Of a DNA stretch of 64,000 bases, positions 33,534-43,513 are shown piece after piece. Every line of letters starts with the position of its first letter. Position 1 is the first letter of the stretch. The DNA is from Bdellovibrio sp. (GTDB lineage Bacteria > Bdellovibrionota > Bdellovibrionia > Bdellovibrionales > Bdellovibrionaceae). The position numbers and the translations under genes are program-made. The stretch spans positions 192,001 to 256,000 of the forward strand of contig JAKFBS010000001.1 in NCBI GenBank assembly GCA_036677065.1, given 5' to 3'. The notes below the pieces were generated by a model. It was given only the letters and a program-made list of their open reading frames with translations. It searched no databases and was not told the DNA's origin.

Positions 33534-33671
33534 GATTTGCCTCCAATTAAATTAAATTTAACTTACCTTAAAATGCTTACATACGATCTGGCGACTGACA
33601 AATAGTTTAAAACGCATTAGAGGATTCTTGTGCGCCGCGCTACAAAAATAGGCAACAGCTAGGCACTTAAG

Positions 33672-35087
33672 TTAGTTCGGTTTGCGGTGAAATTGGATCA
33701 ACTCGGCTTTACGCATCTCGGGGTTTTCCTCAGAGGGATAAATCCACACGTAATTGTTACGTTCTGACGCTTGCGTGCATTCAACATCGGTAAAAGCTGG
33801 TGACCAAGTTCCTGAATTTAAATGTTCAACTGATCCATAAAATTCATGGCGCGGAATATGGGTATGACCATAAACAATGCGATGCACTCCCGTAACTTCG
33901 GATTGCTGCGAAAATAATAATTCATCAGGCTCTTTATAAGTGCTTACTAATGAAGTGATCGAACGTGCATAAAACAGAAAAAATGGGATTAACAATAAAA
34001 TCGGAACAATTACCCAATAAAATGAAATCTGAAAAAGTAATTTTAGTTGAGCGATAATAACTAAAATACCAACTAAACCGAAGAAAATTAAAAGAGCGCG
34101 ATCAAGCCATAGCTCTTTAGCAATTAAGTACGGATTTTGTGTGGCCGGAGTGGCAAAAAATTCCTGAAGACCACGAACCACTTTGGGAGTGGTGTTTGAA
34201 TCTTTAGCCGCTTTTTCGACGATATCTTCCATTTTTTCTAATGGTTTAAAATTTTCGCCAAAGCGATCTAAAGTTACATGAATAAGTGTGGCCATTGCTC
34301 CCCAAAACCATGTCCAAATAATTAACGGCTGAGTCAGCAATAAATAGCGAAAGAAAAAACGCAAATAACCACTCACCGACATAATATAATTTTTTTCGAT
34401 GTGGGGATTAAATAATCCCATGCCATTCATAATGTACCTGCAGGCCACATTACCAAACGGTAGTCGAATGCGCAGTTCATTATAGTTGATGATAAAAGGA
34501 TTTAGTGGATTTTCGCATAAGCAATAGGGGTCTTGCTGATGCCCATGTTCAATCAAAGTGTCATTTTCGCTGATATAAAACCATTTTACAATTTTGACTC
34601 GCTTGGCATCTTCAGGCATCAAATTTAAAAAATCAAAAAAAGTCTTTTGTACTTTCGGAAAATGCAATTCGACGTCATGATTGCCCGGAATCAAAATCAA
34701 GGTATGCCCTTTTTCAACAAAACGGCGAAGAGCGTTGATGAAACCCGCGTGCTCTTCTAACACCACCTGCATTTTAAAAACAGAACGCTCTTCTCTGGGA
34801 AAAAGCCCACGGCGAGTTTCGATCCAGTGAAATTTATAAATCGGAGCTACGGGTAAAGCCATGACGCTATCAAAATCAAATATATCGCCATTTAAAATAA
34901 GCTCAATTGGTTGGCCTTGTGATTTGCGATCAATTTCATCCAGAAATTCAATTAACGCCGGATCCATAAAAAACTCTTTGGTTTTAAATTTTTTCCAAAG
35001 TGGATGGCGCACCTTAAATTTAGGGCGCGACGGTTCGGCATCCGTTAAATGAAGATCGCTGATAATAGCGGTGTACTTTAAACTCAC
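33672..35087 (-). CDS. Calcineurin-like metallophosphoesterase with membrane segments
   Basis: ISDLH, NGDIFD, GNHD, EHGH, GHTH motifs. Confidence 0.85.
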   Translation of the reverse strand: MSLKYTAIISDLHLTDAEPSRPKFKVRHPLWKKFKTKEFFMDPALIEFLDEIDRKSQGQPIELILNGDIFDFDSVMALPVAPIYKFHWIETRRGLFPREERSVFKMQVVLEEHAGFINALRRFVEKGHTLILIPGNHDVELHFPKVQKTFFDFLNLMPEDAKRVKIVKWFYISENDTLIEHGHQQDPYCLCENPLNPFIINYNELRIRLPFGNVACRYIMNGMGLFNPHIEKNYIMSVSGYLRFFFRYLLLTQPLIIWTWFWGAMATLIHVTLDRFGENFKPLEKMEDIVEKAAKDSNTTPKVVRGLQEFFATPATQNPYLIAKELWLDRALLIFFGLVGILVIIAQLKLLFQISFYWVIVPILLLIPFFLFYARSITSLVSTYKEPDELLFSQQSEVTGVHRIVYGHTHIPRHEFYGSVEHLNSGTWSPAFTDVECTQASERNNYVWIYPSEENPEMRKAELIQFHRKPN

Positions 35088-35136
35088 AATGACATTGTTT
35101 CATGAGTCTGTTTTAATGTCTATACAGGTAGATTTT

Positions 35137-36435
35137 ATGTCGCAAAATAAATTAGAAAAATTTAAAAAACCGTTCGTTGTTGTAGGTCTGGGTAAATCAG
35201 GTATGGCTGCCGTGCAGTTACTTAAAAATACCGGCTTAGCCGCAACTGATGTTTTATTATTCGATGAAAAAAAAGAAGGCGACTTAAAATCCTGGGACGA
35301 TATCGTAAAATTGCCTGCGGGAACATTAGTTGTTTCACCGGGAGTTCCGCTTAAAGGCCCACATATCCAAAAGCTAGCAGCTCTTGGCTGGGGTTTAATT
35401 TCAGAAATTACCTTGGCTTGCCAGTATCTAACCGATGAAAAATTAATCGGCATTACCGGGTCAGTAGCTAAAAGCACAGTGACTTCATTAGTGGGCGCAG
35501 CCCTTTTAAACGATGATCCGCATGCATTTGTTGGTGGTAATTTAGGTGTGCCTTTTTGTGAATACGCTGTGGGGTTACAACAAGGTAAAAGCAAAGCCAA
35601 ATATATCGTGCTTGAGCTTTCAAGCTATCAATTAGAAAACTGCAAAGATTTAAAATTAGAAAATTCGGCCATCACCTATTTGTCGGCAAATCATTTAGAG
35701 CGTTACAGTTCTTCAGATGAATACTATATGACAAAATGTTTTATTGGTCAGATTACTAAAAATATTTGTGTTTTAAATTCAGCTTCTGAAGATAATGTTA
35801 AATATGTCTCTCGCGTGCCGTGTAAAACCCTGTTGACTGAAGCTAAAACTTTTTCTCAGGCTGAACTGTTGAAACAAGTTAAACTTTTAGGTGCGCACAA
35901 CAAAGATAATTTCAGTGTGGCTTATGAATTAGTTAAAGCTACGGGCTTATCTGAAAAAGCGATCATGGCGATGTGTAATTTTACCGGGCTGTCTCACCGT
36001 ATTGAATTTGTTGCCGAACATAAGCAGGTTTCCTATATCAATGATAGCAAAGCAACAGCTATGGATTCAGTTCTGGTGGCTGTGCAAGCTGCGCAAGAAA
36101 AAGCCGGTAGTGCAGGTTTAGTCTATTCATTATTAGGCGGAAAAGATAAAAACCTTCCGTGGGAAGAATTAAAAGTTATAGCTAAAGAAAAGCAAGTTCA
36201 GCCGATCTTTTTTGGAGCATGCGGTGAATTAGCCCGCGAAAAAATGCAGATGTTAGATTGTCCGTATTTCGCAAAATTAAACGATGCCCTAGATACAGTA
36301 TTTAAGAAAACCAGAGCCCACGATGTAGTTTTATTAAGCCCTGGTGGAACAAGCTTAGATGAATTTAAAAATTTTGAAGAGCGCGGAAATTTCTTTAAAG
36401 AAAAAGTAAAAACTTTTATTCAGCAAAATGGCTAA
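35137..36435 (+). CDS. murD: UDP-MurNAc-L-Ala--D-Glu ligase
   Basis: GLGKSG, SPGVP, ELSSYQLE, NDSKAT, SLDEFKNFEERG; start placed at MSQNK. Confidence 0.95.
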   Translation: MSQNKLEKFKKPFVVVGLGKSGMAAVQLLKNTGLAATDVLLFDEKKEGDLKSWDDIVKLPAGTLVVSPGVPLKGPHIQKLAALGWGLISEITLACQYLTDEKLIGITGSVAKSTVTSLVGAALLNDDPHAFVGGNLGVPFCEYAVGLQQGKSKAKYIVLELSSYQLENCKDLKLENSAITYLSANHLERYSSSDEYYMTKCFIGQITKNICVLNSASEDNVKYVSRVPCKTLLTEAKTFSQAELLKQVKLLGAHNKDNFSVAYELVKATGLSEKAIMAMCNFTGLSHRIEFVAEHKQVSYINDSKATAMDSVLVAVQAAQEKAGSAGLVYSLLGGKDKNLPWEELKVIAKEKQVQPIFFGACGELAREKMQMLDCPYFAKLNDALDTVFKKTRAHDVVLLSPGGTSLDEFKNFEERGNFFKEKVKTFIQQNG

Positions 36436-38215
36436 CAAATAACACTGAAGGACGGCTATAGAATACCGTTGAAAAGGTTCTTTCAGTTTTTTGGTCTTGT
36501 AAGATAAATTCTTGAATACCTTGTTTGATATTAAACGCTACGAAACCACCGCCGATAACTTGCTTAGGCACCAGGTTTCCAGCTTGGTCGAAAAATATAA
36601 TATTCGCTGGATTATAAGTTTCATCAGTCACGCTCACATCAAAGTAGTTATACGGTGTAAAACCTACGTAAGTTGAAGTGTCTGCTTCGATTTGAATTTG
36701 CGTCTGAGCCTGTACGTATTCAATGAACGCTTCTTTAATCTGTGGTAAGTGTAAATGATCTTTGTTTAAGCTTTGAATGTACACGTAAGCTGCGTAATCA
36801 CGAATTAACGGGCGATTTACGATCTCAGTTAAGCCAAATTGCGAATTGTGACGGTAACGTAATAAATCACCTTCTATAGAAAGAATGTCTTGTTGTCCTG
36901 GCACCATTAACTCAGTCATGATTTGTTCGCCCGTCAGAGCATCAAAACTTCTGGCAATAACAGAAGTTGGTAAAGCTGATGAAAAGATCTCTTGGTAAGA
37001 CACGGTATCAAGAGCTACTAAGAACTGTTGTGTTCCTAAGCGGCGATCACCCATGTAAGCCGTGATTTCGTAAGCACCTTCATTTAAACCTGGAATAATA
37101 AAATATCCATTTTCAGAAGAGTAATTTTGCGATTGTTGCGGAATTAAAAATTGATCTAAGTAGTAAGGCTCTAAACCTGGTTGGTTCTCGATCATCACTT
37201 GAGCACCTTGAACCGGTTTACCATCGACAAGTATCCGGCCGATGATAATTCCCGTTTCAGGCAAAAATTGAATTTGTAATTGTTCAGATAAGTAATCAAC
37301 TGCGCCGGCAACCCATTTGCGCGAAAACAACACCGTATCACTACGATCAGCCGACGAGCGCACTGTTAAGGTCGAAGCTACAGCTCCAGTAGTATCTTTG
37401 ATGAATCCAAGCGTTGACGAATGTCGCGCGACATTGGGATAGACGTCAGTCGTTTTTTTTAGATCAAAATGGCCTGAGAAAAAACTAGCCTGCAAGTTCT
37501 TATCAACTTTTCGTGAATCCACTGAGCGGGCGTTGAAAGCAAAAGCTGAAGGGCGGCCTAATCTTAGAGTTGGGCCTTCGAAAAACTGACCCGCACGTTT
37601 TAAGTTATAAATTTTTTGGCGGTCTTCACCAATCAATAAACCAGAGATATCTTTTACTTCAGCTACGATTTCACCTTCGAAAGCACCAACAGCGATTTGG
37701 TATTGGCCGGCACGTAAATCAACTTGGCCCACTTCGATAGATTGACCTTCGAACACTCGTTTTAAAACCACTAAGTGATCAACGATACCAACACCATCTT
37801 TTAATTCGAATTGCCCGCGAATCACAGCGCCTTCAGACATTTGGGTAAATGTCGGTATAACAGAGCTTTGCGGTTGTTTTGTAAGTAGTACTTGTAACTG
37901 GCGGTCAGCTTCAGCATTTAATTCAGCTTTATCAATTTTAATTTCAGCAACTGAAGCTACAGCTGTTACTTCTTCAATGTTTTCTGTAGAAAGTTGCACA
38001 ACACGGTTATGGCTCGCTAATTCGCGCAACTGTTGTTGTTTGGCTAATTGAAGGTTTTTTTGAATGATCTGAGATTGCTGAAATAAATTGTAGGCAGGAG
38101 TATTGCGCTCTTGAGTAATTGTTAATGGTTTTGTGACCATCACAATATTAGATTTTTCTATTTTTGGAGAATAGAGAAATGTCAGAGGTAAAATAAAAGC
38201 CAGTAGATATGCCAT
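36416..38215 (-). CDS. Exported hypothetical protein with a carboxypeptidase-regulatory-like Ig domain
   Basis: GKPVQGAQV...NGYFIIPGL.EG.Y pattern; N-terminal hydrophobic stretch. Confidence 0.65.
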   Translation of the reverse strand: MAYLLAFILPLTFLYSPKIEKSNIVMVTKPLTITQERNTPAYNLFQQSQIIQKNLQLAKQQQLRELASHNRVVQLSTENIEEVTAVASVAEIKIDKAELNAEADRQLQVLLTKQPQSSVIPTFTQMSEGAVIRGQFELKDGVGIVDHLVVLKRVFEGQSIEVGQVDLRAGQYQIAVGAFEGEIVAEVKDISGLLIGEDRQKIYNLKRAGQFFEGPTLRLGRPSAFAFNARSVDSRKVDKNLQASFFSGHFDLKKTTDVYPNVARHSSTLGFIKDTTGAVASTLTVRSSADRSDTVLFSRKWVAGAVDYLSEQLQIQFLPETGIIIGRILVDGKPVQGAQVMIENQPGLEPYYLDQFLIPQQSQNYSSENGYFIIPGLNEGAYEITAYMGDRRLGTQQFLVALDTVSYQEIFSSALPTSVIARSFDALTGEQIMTELMVPGQQDILSIEGDLLRYRHNSQFGLTEIVNRPLIRDYAAYVYIQSLNKDHLHLPQIKEAFIEYVQAQTQIQIEADTSTYVGFTPYNYFDVSVTDETYNPANIIFFDQAGNLVPKQVIGGGFVAFNIKQGIQEFILQDQKTERTFSTVFYSRPSVLFVSHFAE

Positions 38216-38232
38216 GCCTACCTATAGGATAT

Positions 38233-38667
38233 TTAGAATACCTCTTCGGCGTCAATGGCTTGGTAAGTATCGAGACTTTTGTTAAGGGCGCGCTTGATCT
38301 CTAGAGCCCGCTTCTGGGTTAGACTTTCGTCGATTCCTAGGTCGACAAAGGTCATGGTTTCCAGATCCAGAGCCTCCTTAGAGACTTGCACGCTAATTTC
38401 GTAAGGTCTGCGCGGGCCTAAGATCACAACTTTTGTGTAATAGCGCGCTTTAATTTTTTTACCTTCGTCTAGGTCTTCAAACTTGCGATTATGATAGGTC
38501 GAGCTTAATTCGCGGCCGTTAAGGCTGATAATGCGCGGTTTTCCAATGATGGCAGTGATTGCTTTGCGCGTTTCAGGAACTGGAAGAGTTGAATCTTCAA
38601 TATAATAGGCTGTAGTTGTACAGCCAGATAAAAATATTAGTAATAAAAACGCGCTAAATAATTTCAC
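38233..38667 (-). CDS. Lipoprotein, hypothetical
   Basis: Lipobox LSGC. Confidence 0.75.
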   Translation of the reverse strand: MKLFSAFLLLIFLSGCTTTAYYIEDSTLPVPETRKAITAIIGKPRIISLNGRELSSTYHNRKFEDLDEGKKIKARYYTKVVILGPRRPYEISVQVSKEALDLETMTFVDLGIDESLTQKRALEIKRALNKSLDTYQAIDAEEVF

Positions 38668-38685
38668 TCTTTAATATAATAGTGA

Positions 38686-39324
38686 CTATTTTTTATTCCA
38701 GTCAGCTAAAAACATCTCAATGCCTTTAGATGTTAACGGATGTCCAGTCATTTGCTGCATAACTTTAAATGGAATAGTCGCAATATCTGCTCCCATCATT
38801 GCCGCATGTTGGATGTGCATCGGAGATCTAACCGAAGCCACTAAAACTTCAGTTTCAAAATCATATTGTTGATACATTTGGATAACGTCAGCGACCATGC
38901 TCATGCCATCTGTTCCAATATCATCAAGGCGACCCACGAACGGAGACACCATTGAAGCACCGGCTTTAGCAGCTAAAAGAGCCTGCACCACAGAGAATAC
39001 TAAAGTGACGTTAGTTTTGATTCCCATAGCTGTGAATTTTTTTACAGCGATCATGCCGTCTTCACACATAGGAACTTTAACAACCACGTTATCAGCAAGT
39101 TTTGCTAACACTTGGCCTTCTTTAACCATTTCTTCAGCTTTAAGAGAAATAACTTCAGCCGAAACAGGGCCTGTCGTGATTTTACAAATTTCTTTGATCA
39201 CTTCATGAAAATCGCGACCTGATTTTGCAATCAATGTTGGATTTGTTGTAACGCCGTCAACCCAACCGCGATCATTAGCCATTTTAATTTCATTCACATC
39301 AGCTGTATCAATAAAGAATTTCAT
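38686..39324 (-). CDS. tal: Transaldolase / fructose-6-phosphate aldolase family
   Basis: [25 protein letters not shown]. Confidence 0.92.
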   Translation of the reverse strand: MKFFIDTADVNEIKMANDRGWVDGVTTNPTLIAKSGRDFHEVIKEICKITTGPVSAEVISLKAEEMVKEGQVLAKLADNVVVKVPMCEDGMIAVKKFTAMGIKTNVTLVFSVVQALLAAKAGASMVSPFVGRLDDIGTDGMSMVADVIQMYQQYDFETEVLVASVRSPMHIQHAAMMGADIATIPFKVMQQMTGHPLTSKGIEMFLADWNKK

Positions 39325-39325
39325 T

Positions 39326-40063
39326 TTATTTTTTCCTTTTCGCGGTAGAAGGGGTCATTAAATCATCCATAGAATATAAACCTGCAGGCTGTTTGACAAT
39401 CCACAGTGCAGCTTTGAGTGCTCCTTCAGCAAACACTGTGCGATTTAAAGCATTGTGCTCAAGTTTAATCATTTCACTTTGCGAAGCTGCAGTGATCGTG
39501 TGAATGCCGAATACGCCACCTAAACGGTGTCCGACTGCTGGAGCAATTTTTTTACCGACAGCTTTTTCTAAATCTTTGTGCAAGGTCACTGCCGTGCCAC
39601 TTGGATTATCTTTTTTCTGGGTGTGGTGAATTTCTTCTAAAGCAAAATCAAAATGAGAAATTGTTGAAAGAGTTTTAATGGCTTGGCGAACGGTCCACAG
39701 ACCAACACTCATATTCGAAGCCCAAAAAACCGCAGTTTTTTTGCTAGAAGCTTCAACTTTGCTAAATTGATTATTTTCAAAACCAGTTGTTCCGCTGATT
39801 AACGGTTTTCTAGTTTGTTGAATGATAGGCAGCAATTGCAATAAACCTTCGGGGCGTGAAAAATCAATCCACACATCAACTTGTTTTAAAGTTTTGTCAG
39901 AAACTTTTTTTAAATCAGAAAAACTTAAATTAAAATCACCAGTGGGTTTTTTGCAAATTTCTATTAAGGCATTAAAATCGCTATTGCTTTTTAACAGCTG
40001 GCGAATGGCTACGCCCATTTTACCTGTTGAGCCCAATAAACCGATTTGAATCTTTTTGGCCAT
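39326..40063 (-). CDS. dapB: 4-hydroxy-tetrahydrodipicolinate reductase
   Basis: [22 protein letters not shown]. Confidence 0.93.
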   Translation of the reverse strand: MAKKIQIGLLGSTGKMGVAIRQLLKSNSDFNALIEICKKPTGDFNLSFSDLKKVSDKTLKQVDVWIDFSRPEGLLQLLPIIQQTRKPLISGTTGFENNQFSKVEASSKKTAVFWASNMSVGLWTVRQAIKTLSTISHFDFALEEIHHTQKKDNPSGTAVTLHKDLEKAVGKKIAPAVGHRLGGVFGIHTITAASQSEMIKLEHNALNRTVFAEGALKAALWIVKQPAGLYSMDDLMTPSTAKRKK

Positions 40064-40959
40064 TATAGTAATCCTAAACTTTCCATTTCGGCTGTGATTT
40101 CTTTGTGAAATTTTTCATCAAGAGTCACAAGTGGTAATCGCATTTCAGGAGACTTGATTAAACCTTTTCTAAAAAGCATCCATTTAAGCGGGATTGGATT
40201 AGCTTCACAGTACATTAAACCGATTAATTTTAGATATTTTTTGAAATCAGTTTCTGCTTCAGAAACTTTTCCGCTCATCATTAAATCTGTCCAGCGTGTC
40301 GATTCTTTAGTGATGATATTTGACATCACTGAAATTACGCCTTTGCCACCAAGTTTTAAAAATTCGATGTAGGTTGGATCATCTCCTGAAAGCATTAAAA
40401 AATTTTTCGGAACACGATTTATTAATTCTTGGTCAAATTTAATATCACCAGTAGCTTCTTTAATACCCAAGATATTTCGTGTTTCAGAAAGCTCAGCCAC
40501 AGTGTCTACCGTCATACCAGTGATTGTGCGGCCGGGAACATTATAAAGAATAACAGGAACTTCAGAATTTTTTGCGACAGCTTTAAAATGTTCAACTAAA
40601 CCGCGCTGTGGAGGCTTGTTGTAATAAGGAACGACCACTAAAGCCGCATTCGCACCTAACTCAGAAGCTTTTTTAGTCGCTTCAATCGTTTTTTCAGTTG
40701 AGTTAGAACCTGTTCCTAAAATTAACGGAAAGTTCATTCCAGCTTGCGCACGCACCATCGAAAAAATTTTAGTCACTTCAGCAGGTTTTAAAGTTGGGCT
40801 TTCTGCAGTTGTTCCGTTAACAACAAACCCTTTGATGCCATTATCAAGTTGGTAAGCAACTAACTTTTCTAAAGACGCGTAATCGACTTCACCATTGATA
40901 AATGGCGTAATTAAAGCTGAGATAGCTCCGTTAAAATCAGTTCGTCGTTGTTGTTGCAT
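40063..40959 (-). CDS. dapA: 4-hydroxy-tetrahydrodipicolinate synthase
   Basis: GTTAES, YNVPGRT, IKEATG. Confidence 0.96.
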   Translation of the reverse strand: MQQQRRTDFNGAISALITPFINGEVDYASLEKLVAYQLDNGIKGFVVNGTTAESPTLKPAEVTKIFSMVRAQAGMNFPLILGTGSNSTEKTIEATKKASELGANAALVVVPYYNKPPQRGLVEHFKAVAKNSEVPVILYNVPGRTITGMTVDTVAELSETRNILGIKEATGDIKFDQELINRVPKNFLMLSGDDPTYIEFLKLGGKGVISVMSNIITKESTRWTDLMMSGKVSEAETDFKKYLKLIGLMYCEANPIPLKWMLFRKGLIKSPEMRLPLVTLDEKFHKEITAEMESLGLL

Positions 40960-41713
40960 CGTAGTCTCCTAATTGGACAGCAGATCCGGTCATTAATGGA
41001 TTTTTTAAATCAGAAAGGTTCATTTTAAGCAAACCACCTGGCATTTCAACAAAAGTTTCATTCTGCCCGCGCTTGCTTAAATTATAATAAGCCGCAGCCA
41101 TGGCACCTGTGCCACAGGCATCGGTGAAGTCTTCAACACCGCGTTCGTAAGATACGGCTTTTAATTTATTAGAAGCTGTTTCTAAATGCACTAAAGTGAC
41201 ATTGGTGCCGCGGGGCTGAAAGTCTGCTTGAAAACGCAAATCACGGCAGTAAGATTTTAGATCGCGGTATTTTGGAAAATCAGGAATTTCAATCACGATG
41301 TGTGGAACACCCGTGTCGCACCAAAAATATTTTTCATGAACAAACTTCTCGATTGCCGTCATCTTAACTTCAAAAAGTTCTTTGTCTAAAATTTTAATAT
41401 CAATAGGGCCGGCAATGGTCTGTAATTTTAAATGATTTCCGTCGATGTGCAGGATGTTTTTTGCATAATAAGCCACGCAGCGGGTGGCATTACCGCACAT
41501 TTCGGCCATCGAACCATCGTTATTATAAAAATCCCATTGCAAGTGATGCTGATTTTCATCAAGCCAAGATAAGAAAATAAAACCATCGGTTTTAGTTGTT
41601 TCACAAACGGCACGTACAAATTTTGGACGATCAGAAATACCTTTTGCCTCAGAAGAATCCCAAGTGACTGAAAAAGTATTACCGGCGCCAGAAAGTTGAT
41701 GCGTATGAATCAT
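40937..41713 (-). CDS. dapF: Diaminopimelate epimerase
   Basis: NNDGSMAEMCGNATRC, ERGVE..T.ACGTG. Confidence 0.93.
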   Translation of the reverse strand: MIHTHQLSGAGNTFSVTWDSSEAKGISDRPKFVRAVCETTKTDGFIFLSWLDENQHHLQWDFYNNDGSMAEMCGNATRCVAYYAKNILHIDGNHLKLQTIAGPIDIKILDKELFEVKMTAIEKFVHEKYFWCDTGVPHIVIEIPDFPKYRDLKSYCRDLRFQADFQPRGTNVTLVHLETASNKLKAVSYERGVEDFTDACGTGAMAAAYYNLSKRGQNETFVEMPGGLLKMNLSDLKNPLMTGSAVQLGDYDATTTTN

Positions 41714-41717
41714 AGGA

Positions 41718-41894
41718 TTACTTTTTTTTCTTTTTAACAGGCAAAGTTTTTAAAGGTGTCGTTTCTGAAACCGTTTTGGTTTTTTCAGCCTCAACACTTG
41801 GTAACGGGGCTTCAGGAATCGGTGGTAATGGTTTACCTTTAATGCCACAGGCACTTAAAGATGAAATAAAGAATAAAGCTAACAACGATTTCAT
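41718..41894 (-). CDS. lptM: LptM/YifL (LppL)-like small lipoprotein, 58 aa; not in the ORF track
   Basis: MKSLLALFFISSLSACGIKGKPLPP...; CGxKG motif; ATGA overlap with the upstream gene; directly upstream of dapF. Confidence 0.75.
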   Translation of the reverse strand: MKSLLALFFISSLSACGIKGKPLPPIPEAPLPSVEAEKTKTVSETTPLKTLPVKKKKK

Positions 41895-42769
41895 TTTAAA
41901 GTCCTTCTACAGAAATCAATATCGAAAAAATATTTGCGCGCAATCTCAGGAGAAACGGCCTCACATTTTTTTTTGTAAATTGTAACCACGTTTAATAAAT
42001 TCTCAATTGAATCTTCGCCGTAAGTATGGCGATGCAATTGGGCGCGCATTAAAATCACATCGATATAGTCAGGGGCTATCTGATGCAAGCGATCAAGGGA
42101 TTCTTTCGCCAATAGGTAATTTTTTGCCAAAATAGAACGATCGAATTCTAAGATCGCTGCTAATAGCTGCGCATCGTACAGTTCGTTTTTTCCGGTAGCA
42201 TCAAATTGTAAATTAATAAAATCATCCTGAGTTTTATCTAACGACAGAATGAGTGGTCGAAGTTCTGGAACATCAAGAGCTGTAGTTTTCATTTTTTCTA
42301 AAAATAATGAATAGCGGCTATTGTTCTTGTTATTAGCTTTAGCTTCAGCCCATAGACACATAAATTGATCGGGATCGATCGACAGACATTTCTGTGTATT
42401 TTTTAATGAGACTTTAGCTTGATTTAAATACTGGCTTGAAGCCAGTTCAAAAAAATCCTGAGCTTCTGATGATAAAAAAGAACTCATCACAACTAATTTT
42501 AACTGACTGATTTTTTTCTGTAATTCAGGAACCAAATTTGTGCGGTTTAAATCTTGGATGATATCTAAAGCTTGCGGCCGTTGTTTTAATAATAACAACG
42601 TTGTGATTTTCTTTTTGGCTTCATCAATTCTTTGTTCTTGGGTTTTAAGCTGTGCTTTAAGAACAGAAGGCTTATTGGGAACAGCGCCCCAAGCAGATTG
42701 ATTAAGCCCTAAAATAGAAAAAGCCGCGATGAACGCGGCTTTTCCAAAAGATTGAAAAGAAATCGACAT
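41891..42769 (-). CDS. Secreted helical hypothetical protein
   Basis: Signal peptide; stop overlaps the downstream start. Confidence 0.7.
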   Translation of the reverse strand: MSISFQSFGKAAFIAAFSILGLNQSAWGAVPNKPSVLKAQLKTQEQRIDEAKKKITTLLLLKQRPQALDIIQDLNRTNLVPELQKKISQLKLVVMSSFLSSEAQDFFELASSQYLNQAKVSLKNTQKCLSIDPDQFMCLWAEAKANNKNNSRYSLFLEKMKTTALDVPELRPLILSLDKTQDDFINLQFDATGKNELYDAQLLAAILEFDRSILAKNYLLAKESLDRLHQIAPDYIDVILMRAQLHRHTYGEDSIENLLNVVTIYKKKCEAVSPEIARKYFFDIDFCRRTLK

Positions 42770-43341
42770 TAATTCTTTTTAAATGAAGTTAACTCGATTG
42801 TCACCTTTCCAAGTGGGCTGTCGCTCATAGACTTAGCCATACCGTTAACTGGGATATCGCGGCCGTTAACCCATTGCTCAGTAATTTGAGCGTTGTTACC
42901 GTTATCTTGGATTTTGATGTACATAGTTTTGAAAGTTCCTGCTGGAACAGTCACTTGCGCTTCTTTTTGGTCGATGATTTCGTAGTTGGCTACAGGAACA
43001 GCTTGTTCTTTACCATCAACTAGCATTTTTTTAGTTTCGCCAGTGTTCATATCGATTAAAGCTTCAACTTTTTGCTTTTGGATCAATAAATTGATGTCTT
43101 GAACTAACCAAGCTTCAGTTCTGTCAGCGTTAATTTCGCGCACGAACATTTTCATAGTTCCAGGAATGAATCCCATAGATAATTTGTAGTTATTTTCATC
43201 GCCTACATTCCAAGGTAAACCCATTGCAACAACGTCTTGCATAACAGCTTGTTGGCTGGCGAATAAGATATGTGCAGGTGAATTAGCTTGAGCCACAGCT
43301 GATAAAGCTAAAACGGCAGTAACGATTAATGATTTAAACAT
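42769..43341 (-). CDS. Secreted hypothetical protein (VTVPAGTF motif)
   Basis: Signal peptide ending AQA, AGGAGG SD. Confidence 0.75.
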   Translation of the reverse strand: MFKSLIVTAVLALSAVAQANSPAHILFASQQAVMQDVVAMGLPWNVGDENNYKLSMGFIPGTMKMFVREINADRTEAWLVQDINLLIQKQKVEALIDMNTGETKKMLVDGKEQAVPVANYEIIDQKEAQVTVPAGTFKTMYIKIQDNGNNAQITEQWVNGRDIPVNGMAKSMSDSPLGKVTIELTSFKKN

Positions 43342-43459
43342 AGATCCTCCTAAGTGATTTGTTTGTTTAGATGAGTAATCACACCACGAAGGCTCTGTGG
43401 TTTACAAAAATATTGTTTGTTTTTATGCGCGGGGTTATCGATTTAAGATTAGATTTCAG

Positions 43460-43498
43460 AATCTGATCTCGAACGTATTCGATTCAAGATCAGATTTT
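43460..43498 (-). terminator. Hairpin downstream of ftsK
   Basis: aatctgatct...agatcagatt inverted repeat. Confidence 0.5.
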
Positions 43499-43513
43499 CA
43501 TTTGACTGGCTAA

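Noticed and set aside
41776..41985. 69-aa plus-strand ORF
   Set aside because: It is antisense to the LptM-like lipoprotein and the upstream gene
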